64,000 nt of DNA from Candidatus Latescibacterota bacterium (lineage in GTDB: Bacteria; Latescibacterota; UBA2968; UBA8231). The translations under genes and the position numbers were made by a program. The stretch is taken from the NCBI GenBank assembly GCA_965197905.1, contig CBDAOB010000005.1, positions 1,216,001 to 1,280,000 of the forward strand, in the 5' to 3' direction. Positions within the stretch are counted from its first letter, which is position 1. Each line of letters opens with the position of its first letter. The notes below the pieces were generated by a model. It was not told the origin of the DNA. It saw only the letters and a program-made list of their open reading frames with translations, and did no database searches. Positions 1-8,836 of the stretch are shown here, piece after piece.

Positions 1-347
1 TCGTCCTCGCTGGGTGGATAGAAGAATGGTGGCACGCAGCAGATGGCGTCGACACCAAGTCTCGCCGCAACGGTCGCCATCTTTACGGCGCGCGCAGTCG
101 TGGGCGCCCCTACGTGCATAATGACCTTGGATCGTCCCTTCACCTGACCCACCGCAACTTCCGCGATGCGGCCATTCTCTTCGTCGCTCAGCAGGACGCT
201 CTCGCCGGTGCCTCCCGCCATCCACATTCCGTGAACACCGGACTTCACGTTGAATTCGATGACGCGGCGGAGCGCTTCCTCGTCCAGATCGCCTCCACGA
301 TCCATCGGCGTGATCAGCGCCGGTACGACTCCCTCGAATTCACTCAT
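1..347 (-). CDS. Dihydrodipicolinate synthase / N-acetylneuraminate lyase (DapA-like) family aldolase, 3' end runs off the window
   Basis: Not in the ORF track because it has no stop in the window. Manual translation from ATG at 347 (AGGAGG RBS at 351-356): MSEFEGVVPALITPMDRGGDLDEEALRRVIEFNVKSGVHGMWMAGGTGES...HVGA...AARLGVDAICCVPPFFY, with the family motifs 'PALITP', 'GxTGE' and 'PPFFY'. Confidence 0.9.
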   Translation of the reverse strand, partial: MSEFEGVVPALITPMDRGGDLDEEALRRVIEFNVKSGVHGMWMAGGTGESVLLSDEENGRIAEVAVGQVKGRSKVIMHVGAPTTARAVKMATVAARLGVDAICCVPPFFYPPSED

Positions 348-380
348 TAGCCTCCTCAATCTTGACGATACCCGATCTCA

Positions 381-1931
381 TCAAGCTTTCCCTCGACCAA
401 TGGTGCGGCCCGGCAGATTGCCGGTAATCTCGCCCTCCCGCTTTACCCATCTACCGTTGACCATGACATCGTCGACCCCCACGGCCGGCAGCTTGGGTTC
501 GGTCCAGGTGGCGCGCGCTTCCACGGTGTCAGGGTCGAAGACGACGATGTCTGCCGCCGCTTTCTCGGCGAGTCTGCCGCGGTCGGTCAGTCCGAAACGT
601 TCCGCCGGGAAGCCACTCATCTTGTAGATCGCATCTTCCAGTGATACCGCGCGCCGCTCGCGCACGAACTGGCCGAGCAATTGGGCAAAACATCCAAAAC
701 CACGAGGATGCGGATGAGGCACATCGTAGATGCCGTCGCTGGCAAGCATCATCCGGGGGTGAGCCACGGTCTGGGCGGTTGTGGCCCTGTTTTCATCATC
801 GGGGGTTTGCCAGGGGAAGATAAACGTCCCGACACCCTCCAGTATGAGATCGAAAAGAAGGTCTTCGCACGAACGACCGCAGCTGTCGGCTGCCTCGCCG
901 AGTGTCGATCCTGCGAAACGACCTGAAGCTGTGTAGCCGATTATCTGAGATCCCTTTCTGACTCCGAGCTTCTCGCTCAAGTGGGGTGTGCATTCAATGC
1001 GTGCCTTGGGATCCTGCAACCGTTTTAGCACTTCCTCCGGACTACCAGCCTGATACGACATCGGCAAGAGCATGACCCCATGGGTCATGCCGGCCGGATA
1101 GAGGTAGGATTCGAAGGTTAGATCAATGCCCTCGCGTTCGACCCGCTCGAGTTTCTCCAGGCTCTCTTCGTCGACCCGTTCGTGAGACACATGGACCGGT
1201 ATGCCGGAGGCCTGCGAGAGCTCGATGATCTCGTCCCAGGCACCAGTGCGCCCGTAATCCTGATAGCGCAGATGGGCGGCGTACACGCCTCCGTAGGATG
1301 CAGCGATCTTGCAAAGTTCCACGAGCTCTTCGAAGGTCGCGTTGGCACTGGGTTGGTAGTCCAGTCCGAGATTGAGAGCGGTTGCTCCAGCTTCCATCCA
1401 CGACCGCGTGCTGATGCGCATCGTTTCCAGTTCCGCTTCGTCGGCGGCTCGCGGTTCCCATCCCATCGCCGCGAGGCGCACGGCGCAGTGGGGAACTTGA
1501 GGGGCGACGTTCGCGGGGGAAGTCCCATTGAAAAGGTCCAAGTATTCTTGAGGCGAGGAACATGGGGGTGGGGGAGGTTGATCGCCGTAGGCGAAGTTGG
1601 TGTAGTACCACATTTCGCCGGCCAGCTTTTCTGGCAAAGGGCCCCAACCAAATCCGTCGGGAGCCAGCAGATGGGTGGTAATGCCTTGATGAGTCCCGGT
1701 GAACTGGTCGCGACCTCCGACCAGGGTCCGCTCAGAGTGGACATGCACATCGATGAATCCGGGGCAGACGATCCGCTTCTCGGCGTCAATTACGGTGTCG
1801 CTTTGTGCGTCCGCCAGGTCTCCGATGGCGGCGATTCGCTCTCCTTTGACGCCAATATCGGCCGTCTTGCTCTTGCATGTCTTCGATCCATCTACAACGG
1901 TTCCGCCTTTGATGATGCTGTCAAAATTCAT
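381..1931 (-). CDS. N-acyl-D-amino-acid deacylase (D-aminoacylase) family amidohydrolase
   Basis: 516 aa; 'IKGGTVVDG', 'PGFIDVHVHSE', 'AAHLR', 'HVSH', 'ASDG...HPHPRGFG', 'KMSGFPA..FGL.DRG', 'ADIVVFDP' and 'PGR' C-terminus. Confidence 0.9.
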   Translation of the reverse strand: MNFDSIIKGGTVVDGSKTCKSKTADIGVKGERIAAIGDLADAQSDTVIDAEKRIVCPGFIDVHVHSERTLVGGRDQFTGTHQGITTHLLAPDGFGWGPLPEKLAGEMWYYTNFAYGDQPPPPPCSSPQEYLDLFNGTSPANVAPQVPHCAVRLAAMGWEPRAADEAELETMRISTRSWMEAGATALNLGLDYQPSANATFEELVELCKIAASYGGVYAAHLRYQDYGRTGAWDEIIELSQASGIPVHVSHERVDEESLEKLERVEREGIDLTFESYLYPAGMTHGVMLLPMSYQAGSPEEVLKRLQDPKARIECTPHLSEKLGVRKGSQIIGYTASGRFAGSTLGEAADSCGRSCEDLLFDLILEGVGTFIFPWQTPDDENRATTAQTVAHPRMMLASDGIYDVPHPHPRGFGCFAQLLGQFVRERRAVSLEDAIYKMSGFPAERFGLTDRGRLAEKAAADIVVFDPDTVEARATWTEPKLPAVGVDDVMVNGRWVKREGEITGNLPGRTIGRGKA

Positions 1932-2019
1932 AATCCGTCCTATCGGGCCCTGAACAGGTGTCTACGTGGATCTGGTGCTACGTCTCGTTCGCAATCTCGG
2001 GTAATCGGTACGCAGGCGG

Positions 2020-2784
2020 TTAATCAAACGCCTGTCGTTGCCGCAAGTCGTCGCCCAAAGGCACGGGGCGAAACTGGTGTTCTATGGTGCGGTCCAGCAC
2101 GGGGTCGTGCAGCCGCACGAGAAACGAGTCACCTACGCCCATGGCGGTTTCTGCCGGAAGGCCGAGCTGCGCCACTTCAGTTTCGACGGACTCCCGAAAC
2201 GAGCTGCAGCCGCAATAGAGAACCATCGGATCTTGAAGTTCCCCGATCTCCTGCATGGACAGGAGAAAGTCGAGGGGCACCAGTTCGGAGACCTCGCTGT
2301 CCTGGAGCGCGACCTGGTGTTGACCGAAAACGACATGACTGTAAACCCGCAACTCATCCCAATGGTCGCGAACCTCTTCATACGGCCAGGCGTCGCGCGC
2401 CACCGGGTGAGGGCACATCTGCTTCGGTTTGTCGGGAAAAAGGGGATCCAGCTCCCGATCACACTGATCGCTGCCAACTGTGATGTAGATCTCGCTGCCG
2501 TCGCGCACGGCGACGACCTCGGTTTCTCCGCCGGTCATCGACCCCTGGACTTCGAACTCCGGCTCCTGGGTCAGGAGATAACGTCCCAAGCGGAAAACAG
2601 ACGGGTTAGAGGTCGTGGCCATGGTGAGTCGGCCGTCTCGTTTCAGTTGTTCATCCAGCTCGGCGCGAGTCGCCTCCACATCGCGCGCGCAGAAACGCGC
2701 TCCCGCTACTGAGCCGAGTTCAAGAGAGCGTCGGATCGCTCCATTTCGAGTGTGTATATTCAAGACTATGGATGGTACAAACAT
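2020..2784 (-). CDS. DUF2848 family protein (FAH-hydrolase-like fold, function unknown)
   Basis: Motifs 'TGGETE', 'VGSDQCDRELD', 'KQMCPHPVA..AW...EV.DHWD.L' and 'L.DPVL.R.I.H' match DUF2848. Start placed at MFVPS (2784); the alternative start 2817 overlaps fdh. Confidence 0.75.
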   Translation of the reverse strand: MFVPSIVLNIHTRNGAIRRSLELGSVAGARFCARDVEATRAELDEQLKRDGRLTMATTSNPSVFRLGRYLLTQEPEFEVQGSMTGGETEVVAVRDGSEIYITVGSDQCDRELDPLFPDKPKQMCPHPVARDAWPYEEVRDHWDELRVYSHVVFGQHQVALQDSEVSELVPLDFLLSMQEIGELQDPMVLYCGCSSFRESVETEVAQLGLPAETAMGVGDSFLVRLHDPVLDRTIEHQFRPVPLGDDLRQRQAFD

Positions 2785-2797
2785 GAGCTGCTCCCAA

Positions 2798-5536
2798 CTA
2801 GTTGGATGATGCGTCACTCGCAGACTCGAGGCGTACCGGACAGACCTTCAACTCCGCGGTGTAGGTAATCGGATCGTAGCCCGAACCGGTAAGCACATTG
2901 ACCGGCACGTCGCTAAAACTGAAACTGGCGAAGACCGTCCCTCGCGGGGATCGACTCGTCGCTTTCACCTTGATCGAAATTGAACCGCGGCGGCTCGTCA
3001 TACTGCACCAACCGCCATCCTCCAACCCGAGCGAGACGACATCTTTCGGATGCACCTCCAGCGTTTCTTCAGCAAGGAGATAGTCGATGCCCTGAGAGCG
3101 ACCGGTCTGGGTGCGCGTGTGATAGGATTGGAGGCGTCTACCGGTGGTGAGCCAGATCGGAAACTCGTCGTCGATGGACTCGGCCGGGTCGCGATACCCG
3201 ATCACCTTGAAGATACCTCTTCCGTTCTTGAACTCGTTCTCATGCAAAATGGGGGTGCCAGGATGGCCCTTGTGCGGTACCGGCCACTGATACTCACCGT
3301 TCTCTATCAGATTCCAATCGAGGCCGGCGTAGATCGGAGAAACACTGCAAAGCTCCTCGAACACCTCCCTGGGCGACTCGAAATCGAATCCTGAGAATCC
3401 CAGTCGACGGGCAATGGCCGCCACGATCCACCAGTCAGGTTTGGCTTCACCGGCAGGTTCCACGGCGCCCCTTAAGCGCTGGATGCGGCGTTCGGTATTC
3501 GTGCATGAGCCTTCGGTCTCACCCCACGCGGTGGCGGGGAACACGACATCTGCGAGCTCCGCCGTCTCCGTCATGAAGATGTCGATTACGACCAGATGCT
3601 CGAGGCTGCCTAGCGCATGCTCGCAGTGGCTCCGATCGGGGTCGGAGACCAGTGTGTTTTCGCCGTCTATCAGCATTGCATGGATCGTCTCCCCGCACTG
3701 CTCGAGCGCCTGGACCTTGGTGATGCCGTTCTCGCACTCGATCTCCTTCCCGTACAAGGATTTGAACTTCTTCTGGCTTTCCTGCAGGGTAACCGCCTGA
3801 AAACCGGGAAAGTTGGCCGGTACTGCGCCGCAGTCGCCAGCCCCCTGGATATTGTTCTGTCCACGCATCGGATTGATGCCCGCCCCCTCGATGCCGATGT
3901 TTCCCGTCATCAAAGCCAGATTGCAAAGGCTCTGCACGTTGTCCACGCCACAGATATGTTCGGTTATCCCCAGGGTGTAATAGATGGCACCTCTGTCGGC
4001 TGCGCCGTACCAAAGTGCCGCTGTTTCGATGTCGGCTGCTGGCACTCCAGTAATGGTCGAAGCCCATTCCGGTGAAAATGCCTTCACATGTTCGAGGAAC
4101 TGCTCCGCCCCGGCGGTGCGGCTCTCGATAAACCCTTCATCGGAAAGGCCTTCGCGCTGGATCACGTGAGCCATGCCCAAGAGCAGAGCAACGTCCGAAC
4201 CCACGCGTATAGGCAGATAGAGATCCGCCAGCTCCGCCAGGTGAATTCTTCTGGGATCGGCGACGACCATGCGGGCACCTTGTCTGAGCGCTTTTTTCAA
4301 GCGCGTCGCGGCTACCGGATGGCACTCGGTCATGTTTGTTCCGATGCAGAAAATCAGATCCGGTTTTTCCATGTCCACCAGCGGATTTGACATGGCCCCG
4401 CGCCCGATCGTGGCTGCCAGACCGGCAACCGTTGGGGCGTGTCAGGCACGGCTGCAGTTGTCAATCTGATGGGTGCCGAATCCGGCACGGATGAACTTTT
4501 GCATCACATAGGCCGCTTCGTTCGGAGCACGGCCGGATGCCACTCCGTATATGCCGTGGCGACCGTGTTTCTGAAAAGCCTGACGAAATCCCTCCGCCGC
4601 CTTGTCGAGGGCATCGTCCCAGCTTGCCGGCTTTAACGAACCGTCGGAATCGCGTAGGTAGGGTGTCGTGAGGCGATCCGGATGTTGCACGAAGTCGAAT
4701 GCGTACTGCCCCTTAACGCAGAGTGCGCCCTCGTTGGCGGGACCGTCCATGGCTGGATGAATACCGACGATTCGCTCCTCATCGGTCAGTATGTCCATTG
4801 AACATCCGACGCCGCAATACGGGCACACAGTCCGGGTCTTCTCCGGTTTCTGGACCGATGACGCCCGCATCGCTTTGCGGTCCCCCAAGGCACCTGTCGG
4901 ACAGGTCTGAACACATTGTCCGCAGAAGGTGCAGGCGGAGTCCTTGAGCTTGCCGTTGAACTCGGTGGAGATCTGGGTGTGGAATCCTCGGTTCATGATG
5001 TTGATGGCGTGGTCGCCCTCCTGTTCGGCGCAGACTCGCACGCAGCGGTAACAGGAGATACATTGATCGTAGTCGCGCAGGATGAACGGATTGTCATCCT
5101 CCTTGTTCGACGTGCCCGATTTCTCGCCCGCAAAGCGTCCACTTGCGGCGGAGTAGCGTTCGACCAGCACGGACAGCTCTTGCGAGGCGTATCCCCGTAG
5201 CGGTTCCACCTCCACGCGCGGATTCTCCGATGCCACCATCTCCAGCAATACTCGTCGGTGTTTTTCGACATCCGTGGAGGCGGTTTGCACGACCATGCCC
5301 GGTTCCGCCTGCGCAGTGCAGGAGGCAACCGGATTGCGGATCCCTTCGATTTCGACTACGCACAGTCGACAACTGCCGAACGGTTCAAGTCGGGGATCGT
5401 AGCAGAGGGTGGGAATCTGGCGGGCATGACGAGAAGCGACCTCGTAGATGGTTTCACCCGGCTCGAAGGTCACTTCTTTGCCGTCCAGCACCATGATATA
5501 CGTGGCGACGGTCGGTTCGGCGGTGACACTGCTCAT
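2798..5536 (-). CDS. fdhF: Formate dehydrogenase alpha (molybdo/tungsto-pterin) subunit, selenocysteine-containing, with N-terminal 2Fe-2S/4Fe-4S domains
   Basis: Track ORFs 4442..5695 and 2798..4393 are in the same frame and joined by TGA at 4442-4444 in the context IDNCSRA-U-HAPTVAGL, the catalytic Sec/Cys-His position. N-terminal CxxxxxxxxxxCxxC, CxxCxxCxxxC (x2) and CPYCGVGC..CVKG motifs; 'RGQNNIQG', 'TNTERR', 'LTTGR', 'ELKVC'. Start at MSSVT (5536), about 912 aa. Confidence 0.95.
4412..4444 (-). promoter_or_regulatory. Sec UGA codon plus bacterial SECIS hairpin
   Basis: mRNA reads UGA CAC GCC CCA AC GGUUGCC GGUCU GGCAGCC: a 7-bp stem with a GGUCU loop starting 11 nt after the UGA, closely resembling the E. 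coli fdhF SECIS region. Confidence 0.88.
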
Positions 5537-5559
5537 GGAACGTGGCCTTTCTTCAGCGA

Positions 5560-7218
5560 TTATTTCAGATGATCCGCGACGCGTTCCGGAAAATACTTCA
5601 CCAGGCTTTCCGTTATGTTTGGCGCGGCCATGCCCAGGCCGCAGGCGCTGGTGGCCATCATGGTGCTCCCGATATCGCTCACTTCCTCCAACCATTCACG
5701 TTCGCTAACCGGACCGGCACTGCCATCCAGCCGTTCGGCAAGCCGTTTGGTGCCGATGCGACAAGGGAAGCATTTACCACACGATTCCTCGGCAAAGAAT
5801 TCCATCGCCTGCCTGGCGATCTCCACCATGTCGCGGCTGTCGTCGAAAACCATGATCCCCCCGGCTCCGAGAAACGAACCTTTGCTCTTGATGCTGGGCT
5901 CGTCGAGGGTAACCCGGAGATCGTCGCCGGCCAGGAACCCACCCGAAAGACCGGCCATGGTCACCGCTTGAATCGCGCGACCGGCTGGAGGACCGCCGGC
6001 CCAATCGTTTAGGAGGGTGTCGAGAGGCAGCCCCAAAGGCACCTCGTAGTTTCCAGGTCTATGGATATCTCCAGAGAGGCTCACCACCTTCGTGCCGGCA
6101 TGACCGTTGCGTCCAAGACTGCGATACCATTCGGCCCCATGTATGAAAATTGGCGGGACCGAAGCGAGGGTTTCGACGTTGTTGACCGCCGTCGGCAGGT
6201 TTTCGAACCCGTGGGTTACCGGGAAGGGAGGCCGGTTTCTAGGGAGGGGACGTTTGCTCTCCAGGCTGTTGAGCAGCGAGCCTTCCTCACCGCAGATGTA
6301 GGCGCCGGCGCCCCGCCTGAGGTTGACGTGGAAATCAAAGGTGCCCAGCGTTTGCTGTCCCAGGTAGCCGGCGCCCTCCGCTTCGAAAAGAGCCTTTTCC
6401 AAGACGGAGAAGGTTTCAGGATACTCGTAACGTAGATAGATGAAACCTCGTGTCGCCCCGGTTGCATACGCGGCGATCGCCATGCCTTCCAGGACCGCAT
6501 GGGGGTCGTAGTCCAGCAGGGCGCGATCCTTGAAGCAACCCGGTTCTCCCTCGTCGGCGTTGCAGACGATGGTTTTGGGAACTCCAGGTGCGGTGGCCAC
6601 AGCTTTCCATTTGACGCCCGTGGGAAATCCAGCGCCGCCCCGTCCAGCCAGTTTGCTCTCCGCAACCAATTCGAGTGTTTGGTCTGGGCTCATCTCACGC
6701 ACGGCACGCTCGAGTCCGCCGTAACCCCCCACCTGGCGGTAGCCTTCGAGGGAAGGTCGGTTCGGTTCGCGTATGCCGGCGAACACGCATTCTGCCGCGC
6801 CTCCGGGAGGCGGCGGCGGAAGCGGCGAGCTGCGTTCGGCAGCCGGCGTGCCGGGGGAGCCTGTCAGCACTCGATTTCCCAAGATGATCGGAATCGGATC
6901 GTCACAGCGTCCCGCACAGGGCATGGAGACGGCCCCTTTGGTTTGATGCAGCAGGGCGTCAGCGCCGTGCATTCTGCAGATCGGACCCGTGCAGACCCGA
7001 GCTTGGGCGTGGGCGCCTTCCTCGCGACCCAGATGGTGGTAAAAGGTCAGGGTTCCGAAGACTTCAGCGACCGGCAGGTTCAAAGCGCCCGCAATAGATT
7101 GTACTGCCGCGGCCGAGACGAAACTGTCTCGCTCACAAAAGGCGTGGAAGAGGGGAAGCAACGGAGCCGGCTCGTTGCGCCAACGCTGCAGAATCTGCTC
7201 GTCTGTGGTTGTGGTCAT
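5560..7218 (-). CDS. NuoE/NuoF-like fusion: NAD(H)/FMN-binding diaphorase subunit of the formate dehydrogenase
   Basis: N-terminal NuoE-like 'TFYHH..CTGPIC...CAGRC'; NuoF motifs 'GRGGAGFPTG.KW', 'CNADEGEPG.FKDR', 'GAGAYICGEE' and 'ESCGKCFPCR.G...C'. Start at MTTTT (7218). Confidence 0.92.
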   Translation of the reverse strand: MTTTTDEQILQRWRNEPAPLLPLFHAFCERDSFVSAAAVQSIAGALNLPVAEVFGTLTFYHHLGREEGAHAQARVCTGPICRMHGADALLHQTKGAVSMPCAGRCDDPIPIILGNRVLTGSPGTPAAERSSPLPPPPPGGAAECVFAGIREPNRPSLEGYRQVGGYGGLERAVREMSPDQTLELVAESKLAGRGGAGFPTGVKWKAVATAPGVPKTIVCNADEGEPGCFKDRALLDYDPHAVLEGMAIAAYATGATRGFIYLRYEYPETFSVLEKALFEAEGAGYLGQQTLGTFDFHVNLRRGAGAYICGEEGSLLNSLESKRPLPRNRPPFPVTHGFENLPTAVNNVETLASVPPIFIHGAEWYRSLGRNGHAGTKVVSLSGDIHRPGNYEVPLGLPLDTLLNDWAGGPPAGRAIQAVTMAGLSGGFLAGDDLRVTLDEPSIKSKGSFLGAGGIMVFDDSRDMVEIARQAMEFFAEESCGKCFPCRIGTKRLAERLDGSAGPVSEREWLEEVSDIGSTMMATSACGLGMAAPNITESLVKYFPERVADHLK

Positions 7219-7315
7219 GAATTTCCCGCGACATTCAAAGTCATGTAACGTAATATATATATACAGGGGGGTAAACGAAGGGAGACGGAGAGCTGCGAGA
7301 TTCGATATTACGCAC

Positions 7316-7377
7316 AAAAAAAGCGCGCTTCCTCTTTCCGGATTGCCTTGGAGACAATCCAGTCCGAAGAAGCGCGC
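7316..7377 (-). terminator. Intrinsic terminator-like hairpin about 100 nt upstream of the FDH operon
   Basis: Minus strand GCGCGCUUCUUC...(GGAUUGUC UCCAA GGCAAUCC)...GAGGAAGCGCGC followed by U7; G-U pairs support the minus orientation. Confidence 0.75.
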
Positions 7378-7450
7378 AAGCGGGTACCACTCAGAGACAT
7401 CTTTCGTTTAGCAATAGACGTGCCACCATGGGCCGACCGCTGCGGAGTAT
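7316..7450 (-). ncRNA. Candidate structured leader RNA / riboswitch or sRNA (class not recognised)
   Basis: A nested stem set (CGCAGCGG/CCGCUUGCG, CCAU/GUGG, ACGUCU/AGAUGU) lies immediately 5' of the terminator and slightly overlaps its left arm. Confidence 0.4.
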
Positions 7451-7597
7451 CCATAAGTGGGGGTTTATACAAATGGTTACAGGTAACGAATAAGGAATGT
7501 TTCGGGCTATCGGATGACGCACACGGCGAAGATTTTTCTCCTGGAGCGGAAACCTTTCCGTCAGTGTCGTCTCTGCGTCCTAACTTAAGTCCACAGC

Positions 7598-7626
7598 TTG
7601 ACATAACAAATGTGTTTATCTATATT
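7598..7626 (+). promoter_or_regulatory. Sigma-70-type promoter for 7697..7999
   Basis: TTGACA-N17-TATATT. Confidence 0.7.
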
Positions 7627-7696
7627 TCCCGGCGATTTTGGTCCCTGCCGCACACGCTCGGTTGTGATATCGGGGATTAAATAAAGAGGCGATCCA

Positions 7697-7999
7697 ATGG
7701 TCTGGACTATTCTCGGGCTGCTGTGCGTCATGGCTACGAAGTTTCTCACTGCGGTGAGACTGCGTGGCTTGAAGGCGAAACTTGAGGCTATCCAACCCGA
7801 AATTGACGAGGTGCGCTACAAGGTAGCAGAGGCCGAGGACAGCTACGATACCTTGAAGCTGAAGGTCGAGGAGAAGGAGAAGCTCCTCAACAACCTCAAA
7901 GATGTCGTCAGAAATCTTGAGGATAGTCTGAAACAGCCGGCAGAAGACCGGGAGTCCTACGAACGCGTCCAACTCATGGAAGCCGAAAGCGGCGCCTGA
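7697..7999 (+). CDS. Small membrane-anchored coiled-coil protein, hypothetical
   Basis: 100 aa; N-terminal hydrophobic helix then E/K/L-rich heptads; GAGG RBS, with its own promoter and terminator. Confidence 0.8.
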   Translation: MVWTILGLLCVMATKFLTAVRLRGLKAKLEAIQPEIDEVRYKVAEAEDSYDTLKLKVEEKEKLLNNLKDVVRNLEDSLKQPAEDRESYERVQLMEAESGA

Positions 8000-8035
8000 G
8001 TTCCTTTCCGGGCATCGACCCACCCCACACATCTA

Positions 8036-8069
8036 CCTGTCTGCTACCGATGCGGGCGGGGTTTTTTTT
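8036..8069 (+). terminator. Rho-independent terminator
   Basis: CCTGTCTGC-loop-GCGGGCGGG followed by a T8 run. Confidence 0.7.
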
Positions 8070-8080
8070 AGGATCCCCGA

Positions 8081-8836
8081 TTGGAGATTGACGACTCCAT
8101 AACCGCGAAGCGGCTGGCGGATTACAGGACGCACTACGAGGCCGACGCACAGGCCATCGACGATCCGCAGGCTCTGGGACCATCGCGTTACCATTCCGAG
8201 AAACGGCGTTTGGAAACCCTCGTTCGGGGGTTGCCATTAGAGGACGGGGTTCGAGTTCTCGACGTTGGTTGCGGCTCCGGATGGTTTGCCAAAGAATGTG
8301 CGGAAGTGGGAGCGAGGGTGTGGGCGACGGACCTGTCGCGCAGGGGAGTGAGAGGGGCGCGCGATCGCTACCCTACCGCGGGGCACTTTCAGGTTGGCGA
8401 CGTCTACGGTTTGGCGTTTGTCGATTCTTCGTTCGACATCGTGCTGCTTTCGGAGGTGCTGGAGCATTTGGAGGATCTGGACGGCGCCGTAGGGGAGGTT
8501 GCGCGCGTGTTGCGACCCGGGGGTCTGCTGCTGGTAAGCGTCCCCTATCGCGAAAAAATCGTTCGTCATCTGTGCATTCACTGCAACCAGTTCACGCCAG
8601 CCAATGCCCACCTACACAGCTTCGACGAACACAGTCTGGGCAACCGTCTACGCCGCTTCGGGCTCGAGCCAAAGAGACTGATCTTCCTCAACAACAAGCT
8701 GCTCGAATTGATCCGTTTTCCGTTGCGATCCGCACGGCTACCCCATGCACTTTGGCGATGCTTCGACCGCCTCTGCAATGCGGCCATCGGCAAGGCGGGG
8801 TTCTTGAGCATCCTGGCCGAGAAACCGGAACAATGA
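8081..8836 (+). CDS. Class I SAM-dependent methyltransferase (UbiG/UbiE-like) with a CxxC/His motif
   Basis: 'VLDVGCGSG', 'FD.V...EVLEH', 'RVLRPGG'; insertion 'HLCIHCNQFTPANAHLH'. Confidence 0.85.
   Translation: MEIDDSITAKRLADYRTHYEADAQAIDDPQALGPSRYHSEKRRLETLVRGLPLEDGVRVLDVGCGSGWFAKECAEVGARVWATDLSRRGVRGARDRYPTAGHFQVGDVYGLAFVDSSFDIVLLSEVLEHLEDLDGAVGEVARVLRPGGLLLVSVPYREKIVRHLCIHCNQFTPANAHLHSFDEHSLGNRLRRFGLEPKRLIFLNNKLLELIRFPLRSARLPHALWRCFDRLCNAAIGKAGFLSILAEKPEQ

Noticed and set aside
1182..2483. 433-aa plus-strand ORF and many similar long antisense or alternate-frame ORFs (e.g. 12029..12955, 16220..17179, 60754..61770)
   Set aside because: They are shadows of well-supported genes in GC-rich DNA, Arg/Pro-rich and without recognisable motifs.
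2798..5695. FDH as a pseudogene or two separate genes
   Set aside because: The interrupting TGA is in frame at the Sec position and is followed by a SECIS-like hairpin.
7253..7263. (AT)n microsatellite upstream of nuoEF as a phase-variable element
   Set aside because: Only about 5 units, and more simply part of an AT-rich promoter spacer.
7316..7450. Assignment as a Moco/Tuco riboswitch, SRP RNA or 6S RNA
   Set aside because: The context fits Moco, but I could not find the conserved sequence features of any of these, so it is left unclassified.
7308..7680. ORFs 7308..7604 (-) and 7348..7680 (+) as proteins or leader peptides
   Set aside because: No RBS or motif, and they run through the hairpins and the promoter; RNA structure explains the region better.
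8269..8832. N-terminal 188-aa extension of the flippase ORF
   Set aside because: It overlaps the methyltransferase in another frame; the ATGA-coupled start at 8833 is more plausible.
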